DNA of 63,175 bases, filler included, from Dimorphilus gyrociliatus (lineage: Eukaryota; Animalia; Annelida), in the NCBI GenBank assembly GCA_904063045.1. It is 4 parts of 4 records of this genome, joined end to end, with 100 filler letters (N's around TTAATTAATTAA, not from the genome) between each part and the next. Parts side by side here need not be neighbours in the genome. Positions count along the whole stretch, not along the records: positions 1 to 17,771 come from CAJFCJ010000211.1; 3 more parts are not named here. The stretch is one strand, 5' to 3'. The position numbers and the translations under genes were made by a program. A model generated the notes under the pieces. It was given only the letters and a program-made list of their open reading frames with translations. It did no database searches and was not told where the DNA came from. Below, piece after piece: positions 1 through 11,409 of the stretch (the first letter of the stretch is position 1; each line of letters starts with the position of its first letter).

Positions 1-3000
1 GCGTTCTCCATTTGTATCCGGAAATTTGAAATTTTTCTATTTTGTTACATTTCTTTAATAATCTTGCCAAAGAATTGGCGGCACACTCTTTCAATCTGGA
101 AGAAAGTATGGTTATATGCTTTAAAGAGGATGAAGAACTGATAAGCGACGAATGAATATCGAAAAACCAGTCTTCAATATTGTTATTATTGTTCAAACAA
201 ACTTCTTCAATCTTGGTGCATTTTTGTAATAATATTTGAAGATCGTTTAAAGCAATATGACTCAAGTTACAGTCGTTCAAGTTGATTTTTCTTAATGTAT
301 CTGACGATGGATAAAGTGCTCTGCAAACAGCTGAAAACCCCCTTCCCATATCTCTGTTCAAACTTAAATCAATTTCTTCTATCCTACATGCAAGTAAAAA
401 ATCTTTTAGATTTTGTGAACATTGATCTGTACTTAATTCACAATTTGATAAAATTACACTTTTCAAAATGTTGCTTGATTTGCAAAGTCCTTTGCAGATT
501 TCAGACAATTGATTACTCATATTTTTCAGTCCATAAAAAGAGACATTCTCAATGATTGAATGCTTAGATAATAGGCCAGCGAAATTTGTAGCGTCCCTCT
601 TGGTTAACGACTCATTATACAACAATCTCACATTTTCAGTTGATTTTTTACGCTTCAAAATAACATAAAGTGGTTGACGTCTATATTTTGACGTCTTTTC
701 AAGTTCAAATACATTGTCTGGTACATTTTTAAAAAAAAAATTATAACGTTTAGCTGAAGCTATAAAACTACTAATTTCATCGGGAATCTGCTCGTTTTCA
801 CTGTTCTCTGATTGATTATCATTCATTTGCTTCTCCCTGAAAAATGATGATTGTGAGATAAGTAAATTGTTGACAGTGTTAATAACTGGAAGATCCTTTT
901 GAAATGATAATTCCCTATTTTTATTTGATTTCCAATAAGTTCTATAATCTTTAGCAGTAGGAGTTGAATATATACTATCCTTTCTCCACTTTGAACTATT
1001 CTCTGTTGAATATTCAAATTCTCTCTTCTTAATTTCCCTAACCCTATTATCGCTCTTCGGGCAATTGTCAAGAGGTTTTTGCGCCTTAAGCCCTGTCATC
1101 TTTTTGCCATATGCTTGTTTTTTAATATAATCCTGTGTTGAGAGATGTATTATAGGTGACGTCAATGATTTTGTTACACTGGGTAAACGTATTGGACCAT
1201 CTTCGCTCGCTTTGTTATCTTTACTTTTTAAGGGGAAAAGAGAAATTGAGGAATGTACAGTCTCAATCCTGAAGGAGATGTACTCGACCGAACTTTGTCT
1301 CCTATCAGTATCGTCTCTGGAGGTAGAAGATCTATTGTCAAAACTGTAATTGTTATCTGGCGCCATCTGTGGGAGAGTATGACTCATTTTCTGCCTCTTT
1401 TCAAGTTTCTGGTCAGTATTGAGTTTAGAATGTTCATTACTAGTTGGAAAATTAGTCCTAGCTTTTGGGATGGTTGTCGAAATCTTTTTCTTCAGTTTTC
1501 TTTCCCTCATTTGTTTTTCATCAACAGAGCATAAAATACACAAGTTTTGTACTTGCAGCTGAAGCGAATCTTCATCATTCTTGTTGGGATGAAGCTCATC
1601 GAACTTTTCAAAGAATTTTGAAAATAGACTTTTTATCCTATTGTTTAATTTGCTAGATGTTTGGTCATAAGTTAGAGATAGGATACCAGCATTGAATGAT
1701 AATCTTCGAAGGCAGTGGATGCATGTTGTATGCTGATGAGAAACTATTGACGAAATATTCTTGGTTATTGAATATTTCAAGCAAACTGAACAGATTAAAC
1801 CGCAATTGCTGTCGTTTATATCAGAGTACAAAAAATCGTTTCTTGTAAAATTATCGGAAAGAGATGCGAAGGAAGGAAAGATATTTTCGTAATTAAACTT
1901 CTTTTCTTCTCCCACACAAACTTCCTGTAAGGAGGAACATTCTTTCAACATCTTTTCAAGTTCCATAATTTGTCGTTTCAAGAGATGACAGTTGTAGAAA
2001 TCCAACTTTAAAAGACTTTTAGCTGAAGTTCTTAATCCAGAAATAATTCTATCAAATCCTAGTTTAATTCTTAAGTTGAATGCTAGATTTAGTTCGTGAA
2101 TAGAGCAACAATTTTCTAATAGGCTACCTAAATCTTCGCCATTTTTACAACTTAAATTACAATTGTAGAAACTAAGTTTTGTCAGAGAATAACGAGAAAA
2201 TGAAGATTTCAATGCAGAACAAATACCACCAAAGCCGAGTTCCATTTGCTTATTCAAATTTAAAGTCAACTCTTTCAAAGAGCTTTCTTTCAAAAGATCA
2301 GCCAATTGATCGCATTGTTCTTTTCTCAGTTCGCATGAAGAAAAATTTAAATTTTGAAGAAATGAACAAGACGATTTCAAACCTTGGCAGATATCTTCAA
2401 AGCCTTCTGCAATTTTTTTATTATAACTCAAGTCAACATTCTGTAAAATTTGGCATTCTTTGAAAAAATGACCAAGTTCTTTACTCTGTTCAGCATTCAG
2501 ATTACAATGGGATAGATTGATTTTTGTTAAAGTATATTTGGAAAATTGTAAATCATGGCAAATATTTTTTAATCCACCTTTTGTAAAATTATTCCAACTT
2601 AGATTAATCTCTTTTAATGAAATGCAATCTTTCAGCATGTTTTTTAAATCTTCAGTCTCTTCTTCTGCCGTAATGCAAGTGTGTAAATCTAATTCGGTAA
2701 TATTCTTTGATATTTTTGAAATTCCATGCGAAATACATGACAATCCACCTTTCATTCCAACATTTAAACCGAGTAGAAGTTTTGTCAATACCTTACAATT
2801 CTCTAAGAGTTCCCCTAAGTATTTGCATTTCATTTTGTTCATATCGCAAGCCGATAAATTCAATTTTAAAAGGCTGTTGACCGACTTCTGAAGTCCTGAA
2901 CAAATATTTTTCAAACCAGTGTCAGTCATTTGAATATTAAAGCTCAAATCAACTTGCTGCAATGATGAACAATTCTCTAAAAGATGTGCCAAATTTTTAC

Positions 3001-6000
3001 ATTTCGTCGAGTGCAAATTACACGAGCATAGATTTAAAATTGAAAGGTTTTTTCCACTTGAAATTAGACCTTCACAAATTTGTGTAAAACCGTCAAACTC
3101 CATATTTGGATTTAAACTTAGGTTTATTTCTAAAATTGATTTGCATCTCTTTAACAAACAACCCAATATCTTACTCTGATCTTCGTCTAGATTACATCCG
3201 CAAAAGTTGATTTTCTGGAGACTGTCACACGATTTTTTTAATCCTGCGCATATTTTTTCAAACCCTTTAAGCATATTTGAATTGAAGCTGAAATCAATAT
3301 CCTTCAATAAAATGCAGTTCTTTAGCGAATCGCCTAATAAACAACTACTTTCTTGATTCATATTACAACCGGAAAAGTGTAATTTTACGAGATTTGTTAA
3401 TGACGGTTCTAGTCCGTAAGTGATGTTTTGAAATCCAGCGCTTATATTCGTATTTAGGCTAAAATCACCTTCTTTTAGACTTGTGCAGTTTTTTAGTAGG
3501 ACTCCAAGATGTTCGCTTTTCTCACCAAACAAATGACAGGCAATAACATTGACTTTCACCAGATTATTAAACAAAGTACTTTCGGATGGACTGTTCATTT
3601 TGAAAGGATCTTGTTCCTTTGCAGTATTTACTAAGGTTAAACAGTGTATCTCTGTAAATTGGGAGAAAAAGTTTTCAAACACGTCTCCACTTACATTCAC
3701 AAAAGTTACTTTTCTAATACAATTTAAATATTCTTTATTGAGATTTTTTAGTAGATTTTTCGAGTTTGTCGTCAGATTTTGAAATGTTATTGTCATTGAT
3801 TCCAAAGATTTCTGCTGAGAGACAAGTTCTGGAAGGAAGAGTGTTGTTTTTCCCATTTCACAAATATCCAATTCTTGTCTTTTGTTAAGAAAATAGTGAA
3901 TAATTCTTTTAAAAGTTATCTTCAAGTCGTTTTCATTAATGATATTATAGATAGATAAATCTAGGTCATCAATTTCAATTAATCCGTTCCTAAGTGCCGT
4001 TAAAAGGCTTATCAAGAGTGTTTTTTGGGATGTTGGATGAGTAGGCTTGCAATTTCTAGCATTTAAAACAATCTGGTAAGAATTGTTTGAACATTTGAAG
4101 AGTGATACTGTATTCTTTTCATTTTGCGGGCCGGTTCGAAGGTCATTTTTGGATATATATTTGTGGCACTCTTCGAAGACATCCACGGACGCATTGACAA
4201 TGATGCAATTTATAAGGGAAATATGTATATTTTTATCTTGTTGCCTCTTGCTTTTAATCGAGGAAAAAAGCTTTTTATAATTTCCCTTCTGAATAGGCCA
4301 ATTAAAGATATTTAATGCATTTAAATGGGGGAACATATCCAGGAAAAATGATAGGTCTAATGTACTGAAGGAGTGTATTTCAATCATCATAATGCTTTGG
4401 TTTGAGGAAGAAACGCTCGTGCGATAAAGTTCAACAAGTGACTTGTGGCTGACAGGAGAATAGATAATATTAATTTTATCGGTTAATGTTATCTCTCTTT
4501 GAACAATTTGACAACCGTAAAAGAATTTAAATTGAGTTCTATCCATATTCAAATATTCAAATTTAGGTAAATTGAATAGTTTTAAACCGAGATATATTTT
4601 ATTTTCTAGTTTAACTGTTCGATTTATTTCCAGGTTTTGTAAACGTTCGCAATGATTGATTAATGAATCTAAAACGTATCTGCCATCGAGGAATTGGCAT
4701 TCTTTAAAAATTAACTTTTCCCATTTGCATCCATGCATTTGTGCCAAAATGTTAAAAATTGAATTTGAGAATATCTGCTTTTCAAATGTTTTACTACTTT
4801 CACTGTTCTCACTTTTAATGTATTCAAATATTATTTCACTGCAATCAAAGCATCCACTTAGGTACATTGACCTTTTCATAAATGTTTTGTACATTTCCAG
4901 CGACTTTTCCCTTATAAAGAATAAAATGTTGAAGATTTTAATATCGGAATTGTCTGCCAACATTTTAAAATCATTATTAATTTCCGATGTGTTCAATAGG
5001 TAAACTGCGGCGAAAAATTCTTGAAATGAATAATGGAAGAGTCTAATATCGCGATATCCGGGGGTATTAGTTTCAATGTCTTCAATTAGTCCGGAAAGGT
5101 AGTGACGTATTCTTTTTATTTTATCATCGGAGTTTGACAATGTAATTCTATTTTTGCACAAATTTTCAAAGCACAACTTACCAAAATCATTGTTCAGGAA
5201 TTGCTCACCTGCTCGATAATCCGATTGATTTGTATTTTGCTGGAGAACAAGCTTGATCATACGATGATAGATTGTGAAGACATTCTCATTATCCAGATCC
5301 TTCTCCTTCTGCCAAACATGGAAGAGAATCATTGCGAAGAGTGGCGATTTACATAATTTGTATAATCTCCCCTTAACCCTCAGAAACAGTAGGAATCGAT
5401 CAGTTGATATTTCGTCAATGAAACAGTTCAAGAAGAAATCCCTTAAACTTTCTTCAGTTAGGCCTGTTAGCTCGAAAGTTGCAAATGGTACACTTTTATT
5501 CCTTATGTGGTTGGCTTTCCATTTTCTCGACCATATTACAGTAGGAATTGCGGTGGTTGTTTTTTCAATAAATTCATTTAAAGGGTGATCTTTACACTCA
5601 AACTCATCGGCTCCGTCTAAAAAGAGGATTATCCTATCTTTATAAGATTCAATAACGCATTGAATTATATCCGTTGTTATATAACTAATATTGTTAAAGT
5701 TTTGTTTCTTAATCTCTTCGTATAAATTATTTCCAGTGTCAACATTGCATAAAAAGATTACTAGGATTAATTTCTTATTTTCCGGATCGTAATTTCCATT
5801 CGCCCATTGATAAAGTAAATATTTACATTGAACAGTTTTACCCATTCCGGGTTCACCTTGAATAATTATTTTATTAAAATTCCCCTGTTCAAACAATTTA
5901 AAAAATTCTAAATATTCAACTTTCGAATTGACAAGATTATCTTCCAGAATGTTATTGCTTACTACTTCGCAAAGTTTAACGTTCGATACTATATGATTAA

Positions 6001-6421
6001 TTGGAACGTTTCTCGACTCACGGAATAAAGGAAAGAAAGGAATCAATTGAATATCGTTCTTTCTGCATTCTTTGGTTGACTCTATAATCCTTTTCCACAC
6101 TTGTCCTTCATCACCTAACGACGATGCTTCAACAGAAATAAGCTGCTTGTTCAACTTCTTTAGTAAGACTTTAACTTTGTTCTCGCCTAAATTGTTTAAT
6201 TTTTCCAACAATTTCTCAACAGCTGTTCTCTTCCGTCCGTGTTGCTCATTATAACCCCGCAATAACTTGCTGTATTCATCAGAATCAATGAACATGGAAT
6301 TGTATAAATTCCATACAGCGTCCCGGAAGCATTGTTCATTATCGTAGAAAAATGTTTTAATGTTGATGGAAGACCACGGAAATTCAACCTTTGATTTCAG
6401 ATCAATTTCAGGAATCACCAT
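1..6421 (-). CDS. Single-exon NLR-like protein (>=2140 aa, 3' end runs off the window): CARD/death-fold-like N-terminus, NACHT, RI-type LRR array, vestigial RING, coiled-coil/low-complexity linker, second RI-type LRR array
   Basis: I read the minus frame from ATG 6421 to base 1 without meeting a stop; the ORF track probably omits it because it has no stop inside the window. Motifs: Walker A GEPGMGKT (~5850), Walker B IILFLDGADE (~5610), CKSPLF, winged-helix FHYSFQEFFAAVYL (~5010), and many LxxLxLSxN/CxL repeats (~3600-1900 and ~560-1). Confidence 0.93.
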   Translation of the reverse strand, partial: MVIPEIDLKSKVEFPWSSINIKTFFYDNEQCFRDAVWNLYNSMFIDSDEYSKLLRGYNEQHGRKRTAVEKLLEKLNNLGENKVKVLLKKLNKQLISVEASSLGDEGQVWKRIIESTKECRKNDIQLIPFFPLFRESRNVPINHIVSNVKLCEVVSNNILEDNLVNSKVEYLEFFKLFEQGNFNKIIIQGEPGMGKTVQCKYLLYQWANGNYDPENKKLILVIFLCNVDTGNNLYEEIKKQNFNNISYITTDIIQCVIESYKDRIILFLDGADEFECKDHPLNEFIEKTTTAIPTVIWSRKWKANHIRNKSVPFATFELTGLTEESLRDFFLNCFIDEISTDRFLLFLRVKGRLYKLCKSPLFAMILFHVWQKEKDLDNENVFTIYHRMIKLVLQQNTNQSDYRAGEQFLNNDFGKLCFENLCKNRITLSNSDDKIKRIRHYLSGLIEDIETNTPGYRDIRLFHYSFQEFFAAVYLLNTSEINNDFKMLADNSDIKIFNILFFIREKSLEMYKTFMKRSMYLSGCFDCSEIIFEYIKSENSESSKTFEKQIFSNSIFNILAQMHGCKWEKLIFKECQFLDGRYVLDSLINHCERLQNLEINRTVKLENKIYLGLKLFNLPKFEYLNMDRTQFKFFYGCQIVQREITLTDKINIIYSPVSHKSLVELYRTSVSSSNQSIMMIEIHSFSTLDLSFFLDMFPHLNALNIFNWPIQKGNYKKLFSSIKSKRQQDKNIHISLINCIIVNASVDVFEECHKYISKNDLRTGPQNEKNTVSLFKCSNNSYQIVLNARNCKPTHPTSQKTLLISLLTALRNGLIEIDDLDLSIYNIINENDLKITFKRIIHYFLNKRQELDICEMGKTTLFLPELVSQQKSLESMTITFQNLTTNSKNLLKNLNKEYLNCIRKVTFVNVSGDVFENFFSQFTEIHCLTLVNTAKEQDPFKMNSPSESTLFNNLVKVNVIACHLFGEKSEHLGVLLKNCTSLKEGDFSLNTNISAGFQNITYGLEPSLTNLVKLHFSGCNMNQESSCLLGDSLKNCILLKDIDFSFNSNMLKGFEKICAGLKKSCDSLQKINFCGCNLDEDQSKILGCLLKRCKSILEINLSLNPNMEFDGFTQICEGLISSGKNLSILNLCSCNLHSTKCKNLAHLLENCSSLQQVDLSFNIQMTDTGLKNICSGLQKSVNSLLKLNLSACDMNKMKCKYLGELLENCKVLTKLLLGLNVGMKGGLSCISHGISKISKNITELDLHTCITAEEETEDLKNMLKDCISLKEINLSWNNFTKGGLKNICHDLQFSKYTLTKINLSHCNLNAEQSKELGHFFKECQILQNVDLSYNKKIAEGFEDICQGLKSSCSFLQNLNFSSCELRKEQCDQLADLLKESSLKELTLNLNKQMELGFGGICSALKSSFSRYSLTKLSFYNCNLSCKNGEDLGSLLENCCSIHELNLAFNLRIKLGFDRIISGLRTSAKSLLKLDFYNCHLLKRQIMELEKMLKECSSLQEVCVGEEKKFNYENIFPSFASLSDNFTRNDFLYSDINDSNCGLICSVCLKYSITKNISSIVSHQHTTCIHCLRRLSFNAGILSLTYDQTSSKLNNRIKSLFSKFFEKFDELHPNKNDEDSLQLQVQNLCILCSVDEKQMRERKLKKKISTTIPKARTNFPTSNEHSKLNTDQKLEKRQKMSHTLPQMAPDNNYSFDNRSSTSRDDTDRRQSSVEYISFRIETVHSSISLFPLKSKDNKASEDGPIRLPSVTKSLTSPIIHLSTQDYIKKQAYGKKMTGLKAQKPLDNCPKSDNRVREIKKREFEYSTENSSKWRKDSIYSTPTAKDYRTYWKSNKNRELSFQKDLPVINTVNNLLISQSSFFREKQMNDNQSENSENEQIPDEISSFIASAKRYNFFFKNVPDNVFELEKTSKYRRQPLYVILKRKKSTENVRLLYNESLTKRDATNFAGLLSKHSIIENVSFYGLKNMSNQLSEICKGLCKSSNILKSVILSNCELSTDQCSQNLKDFLLACRIEEIDLSLNRDMGRGFSAVCRALYPSSDTLRKINLNDCNLSHIALNDLQILLQKCTKIEEVCLNNNNNIEDWFFDIHSSLISSSSSLKHITILSSRLKECAANSLARLLKKCNKIEKFQISGYKWRT

Positions 6422-7631
6422 ATTTTGATATTGTTGCCTTTTTGTGTTAGAATTAATAGAATCTCAGTAGATATATTTTAAAAGTATAGAATACAATTTG
6501 AAAGTAAATCCATTACTTTAGATATATTCCATGATCTTATAAATAATCAAATATTGCAGAACAAGAGAACTACGGTTCTGTGAGACGCAACTAAATAAAC
6601 TATCCCAAGTGACAGTCTAAATTGACAATTTATATTGATTAGGGAATTTTCTAGTTGTATTTTCATATTACTATAGAATAGTTTGAAATTGGCTTAAACA
6701 CTGCTTGAAATATATCGACCCCCACTCGTCTCCCTTATTCTTAGCATATCTTAAAGGATTTTTTTTGTGCAGCATATTTATCTCAAAATTATTTCTAATC
6801 CTAGTCAAAAACACTATTTTCTACTCCAGGTCACATGGTTTTGAACAATTTTTCTTACAAAGCACTTTATTGATCCTCCCTATGGCACAACACCCAAGTT
6901 TGATCACCAAGTATATATATATATTGAATGACTATTGTCCCGGCTCGAATAATAAGTTGAAAATTACTGTTTAAGCGATTTACCATTGATTTGTCAGTAG
7001 TTGTTCCAACTTGTAGAATGCAATTTAGAGCAACAATCCAATATTTTGTATTTTTGCAGAATATCTTATTGTTCCAGCTGAAACTATTTCTCTTATTTTC
7101 CTATGATGCATGATAATGAATTAATTCAAAAAAGACTGATTTCTACTTAGGAGGATCTCCTCTATGGAGGAAATAGAAAAGTTTAGGTACATCATGGAAT
7201 CGGAAATAGTTCTCTATCGATATCAGAAATCTATAATGACAGAGTAACGTTGTTGATTTCATAAAAGAAATCTGTGTAGGGTTGAAGGACATTTTAAAAA
7301 TATTTGCATAATGCTGCATGAAATGTAGGCCTATTTTACTGAATTTGTCTGTACTTTCAACAAATGATCGTATTTTAACCTAAAACAGCAAGAATATATT
7401 CTACGCAATTTCAACGGAATATGAATGATTGTGTAATATTCATATTTGGGGATTATTTTTTGTATGAATGGTTTCAACTCAAAAAAATTGTTTGTTCAAC
7501 TAAAATTCATTCATGAAGAAAAGTCTATCTATCTTGGATAAATAATAACTGATCAAAGAGTTTAATTATGCTAGTTTACAAAGAAGAACCTTTCATTCCT
7601 ATTTAATACTAGATTTAAGCTTCTGGTTGTT

Positions 7632-9300
7632 TTAGTATGGTGATATACAAAATATCTTTGGCATTCTTCCTGTAAAAATATTGAAATTTTTATATGAATA
7701 AGTCGTCCATATTGGATTATTTGAATGAAACAAAAATTTTACATCAAAGAAAATATTATCTATTGAAATTTCCCTTTTAAAAGTTAAAGAGTTGTTGTGG
7801 CAATAGGAAATTCCAATGACAATATGCTTTAAAAGTTTTAAGCAATGGTAGCTTCTGGATAAATCTTTTAATGCATAAAGACCTTTAAACTGTCTATAAT
7901 GCATCTTTTGAATAAGATAATGTTCTTGGGAATGGAGGAAGAACTTTAAAACTGATAAAAAAAAGTTTCCATTATTCAATAAGTTGTTGTCTATTTTGGA
8001 CAAAAAAAGGAAAGATATATTGATAGAAAGAGAGAGAGAGGGAAAATGATTCAAACCTTTTGAATTCAAGTGTTTTTCTCCGATTTTCAATAATTTTACT
8101 AATATCATCAAAAGAATATAAAAATGGATTAAGTACAGAATTAATTGGCAATAATAAAGCGACTATTAGTGAGTACGTGTCATTACTAAAATAAACATTC
8201 ATTATTGCTGATAAAGTTGCTAAAAGGAGAGAGACAGTTAAAATTGAACAATTTTTGAAAAGGGTTAAAAACAGACGAACCGAGTATTGAAATTGGAAAC
8301 CAACAAATCATATTTGTTAGAATGACTAGAAATACAATTTTAAAGATTTTTTGTTGCCTTATTGTTGGTGTTTAATGATGGAATTTTGTAAATGATTTGT
8401 TAACATTAATTAAAATTATTATATATGTAAAATGCCAATGAGATTATTAATTAGAAATGTTATAATAAACATTATGAAAGAATACAGCCAGCCATCAGTC
8501 TTTTCACTTCTTATGTGTATACTAAAACAAATTGGCGTTGCCATGGTATCAATCTAACAAGAATTCAAAAAAATCTATATTGTGTTTGTTTGTTTTTGTG
8601 TTTTCATTTCTCTTTTTACAATTTGATTCCATTTCAAGAATGTTTATAGATTTTTCTCTTTTGAAGAAATGATAGCAAACCATTCGGAAATAAAACTTAT
8701 ACCTTCCATAGCAATTTGGTTCTCTTTTTTTTTGTTTTTGAAAAAGGCTTTTAGTTTTGATTTTGAAATTAATTATTAAATTTTATTGAAAACCTTCTAG
8801 TCGATTTGAACATTTGACGTTCGATTTTAGTTTGATGAATTCGCTAAAAGAAAGAAAACAACCGGAATTGTTAAAGGTTTTTAATTATGTTCAATTTTTT
8901 TTGACCTTTAAATTGACGCTATTGGTCGGCAATCTTTGAAATTCCTACTCATTTCATCGCAAGAAAGATAGTAATTGAATGTGTTATTTGCTTCTTCCTT
9001 TGCCTTCTCTTCAAAAATTGAATATTGAAATCCAAATTGTTGACACATTAAATCGTGTTCGTGTTTGTACTCAATTCTAAAATTTATCCATTTATTATGA
9101 AGGAGACCTTGAAGATAACCATCAGAACTGTGTAGAGTATGACCCACTGAAGGCTTTAGGGTTATATTATGATCTAAATTGACGTATTTATAGGAAATTT
9201 CCTCTGCAATAGATAAAAGATGTTTTTTTTTAAAGAAACATCAACAAAATAGCTAGAAAAATGTTTACCGCTTCCTTGGCAGGATGGCAATATAAGAAGA
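7632..9300 (-). pseudogene. Internally deleted GRL101-like GPCR relic: SRCR-like exon, then TM5-TM7 and kinase-like tail exons
   Basis: SRCR-like DGYLQG...LMCQQFGF...LSCD...DC (8908-9150). TM5 GWLYSFIMF (~8480), TM6 LTNMICWFPISIL (~8300), TM7 LLPINSVLNPFLYS (~8130). In-frame stops and frameshifts between TM5 and TM6. No LDLa, LRR or TM1-4 seen between 8900 and 8570. Confidence 0.75.
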
Positions 9301-9643
9301 GATTTTTGAATGCTTGGTCTATGCTATTTGCAATTCACAAACGTATTCTTCTTCACTACGCAAAAAACCATTGTTTCAGCCTATAAGAACACATACAATT
9401 TTTTATTCTTATTCTCTGTTATTTGATATAATATATTGAAATATTTCTTGAAAATGAATAGGCCTATAAAACTTTCTGTTTTCTTTGGAATGGAAATATT
9501 ATTGCAGTATTTGGACTGTTTGAAGAAAGGAACTCGGTTGCAGACCATTTTGCAGATGTCGGATTTGTTTACATTCACAAAAAGTGGACTACCAATTATA
9601 AAAGTTTTAGAAGTTAGGAAATAACTAACACGAAACGAATACA

Positions 9644-10516
9644 TTGCTTGAATATCAATGTATTCAATATTATTTTCTTTTCAGTTGGATTATCTTTATG
9701 GAAAAGTGTGATATGTCTGACATAAACTGTATTTTTCTACCTGTAAGCAAACTATCTATATTGTCTTTACAAGTTTTTTCATCCAACTTTCAAGAGATGA
9801 TGACATATTGTTTGGAAAAAGAGGTTAATCTACCATTTGGAATTTGCCAAAAAATTTTTTCATTTTTAAATAATTATTTACTTGGTTTAAACAATAAACA
9901 ATTAATGTGTTGGAAACAAATGCAAACACATTTCAACAGATTTTCTTTATATGGAAATCACCTTGAAAATGTTGACAGTTTATCATTCCTCAAAGATCAA
10001 TCAATAAATTATTTGGAATTGAGATGCTTTAAAAATAGCTTTTTCCACCAATTATTTAATTTTATAGACATTGAAGAAATTAAAACTCTTATCCTAACTG
10101 ATTGTCAAGGAATTAGAAGTATATCTGAATCTCTTCAATCATTGCAACACCTAAAAGTTTTTAATGTCAGTGGAACATATTTTAGGAGTTCTGATTTTGA
10201 GATATTGTGCAATAATTCTATTTTATTAGAAGAGCTAAACATCTCTTCTACAAGTGTTACAAAATTAGATTGTATTGTTAATTTGAAGAATTTAAAAATC
10301 TTTCAAATGATGATGTACGATTCATATTTAAATTATGAAGAATTTTATTATCTAATCAAATTAAAGAATTTGGAAAAAATTGAAATACAACTAAATACAT
10401 TTCTTACATTTTCTTGTTATCTCTTTAGTTCTTTTCAGAAATTCAGAAAGTTTATTCATAATAAAAAAAAAATTAGAAATTATCAACCTAATTTGCTCTA
10501 TCCCTTCCAATGGTAA
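9644..10516 (+). CDS. ZYG11/ZER1-like LRR protein, probably decaying (continuation to ~11250 is interrupted by stops)
   Basis: N-terminal SKLSILSLQVF...LPFGICQKIFSFL pattern resembles the ZYG11/ZER1 family, followed by LRRs (LKVFNVSGT, LEELNISST, LKNLKIF). Downstream and upstream frames are broken. Confidence 0.6.
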   Translation: MLEYQCIQYYFLFSWIIFMEKCDMSDINCIFLPVSKLSILSLQVFSSNFQEMMTYCLEKEVNLPFGICQKIFSFLNNYLLGLNNKQLMCWKQMQTHFNRFSLYGNHLENVDSLSFLKDQSINYLELRCFKNSFFHQLFNFIDIEEIKTLILTDCQGIRSISESLQSLQHLKVFNVSGTYFRSSDFEILCNNSILLEELNISSTSVTKLDCIVNLKNLKIFQMMMYDSYLNYEEFYYLIKLKNLEKIEIQLNTFLTFSCYLFSSFQKFRKFIHNKKKIRNYQPNLLYPFQW

Positions 10517-11409
10517 AATATATTATAGAGAAGTGTCAAAGGCAAATTCATTGACTTTGATATAAATGAGATAAATGTAAGTAAACACTACTTTATTTTA
10601 TTGCTATTGCTATTATTTTGTTATTCTATACTATTAGAAGAACTTTTTTAATGATTTAAAAAATTCTTACCAAAGTATACAACTATTTGAAAAATATTCC
10701 TGATAAGAATTTATTTTTGCAATTGCAAAAAAGGATTAGGTTACTGAAAAAGAAATCTCCAAAACTCCTAAGTAAATCCTACTACAGAGTAAGTGATATT
10801 CATAAATGAAGTTCAATCGATAGTATTCTAGGCTTGTTTTTTGAAATATTCTCATTTGGATAACAGATTGCGTGTAATGAAATGGATTGATTATTTGACG
10901 AAATGTGTGCCGTTGATCAAGAGAAAAATATCTATTGTGAAATGTTTGTCAAATATTTTTAAAAACTTTGAGATTGTTTAAGAAATCTAATCAACAAAAT
11001 TTCGAGAATGTTATTCTTTTATGCCTCAGATATATCCAAGCTTTTGATAATAGATTACACAATAATAGGACATTATGGAATTTTTATTCCCAATTTCTTT
11101 CTTTAATCATTGCAAATTGGAAGTCTTTGAAATGCGTAAAAACATTTTTTTTGAATTTTTATTCAAAATTCAAATCTCAATATTCATTTCAGATGATACT
11201 TGCAAAAGATGCCATAACATTGTAGAGAAGAGATTATCCTATTTGTACAAACTTTAATATATTGTAATCAATTTTTTTAAAAGTCACTAAGATTTGACAG
11301 TAATGACAAAATAATAATTTTTTTGGATACGACAGAAAACGCCCACAAATGGAACTTGGACTGTGGACCATCAAGTTTCAGTAACACATATTCAGTATTT
11401 TTTATAAAT

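Noticed and set aside
295-6387. Many short ORFs on both strands
   Set aside because: Shadow frames of the large NLR ORF.
6700-7500. Possible LINE 3' remnant on the minus strand
   Set aside because: Only faint motif echoes, too degenerate to support.
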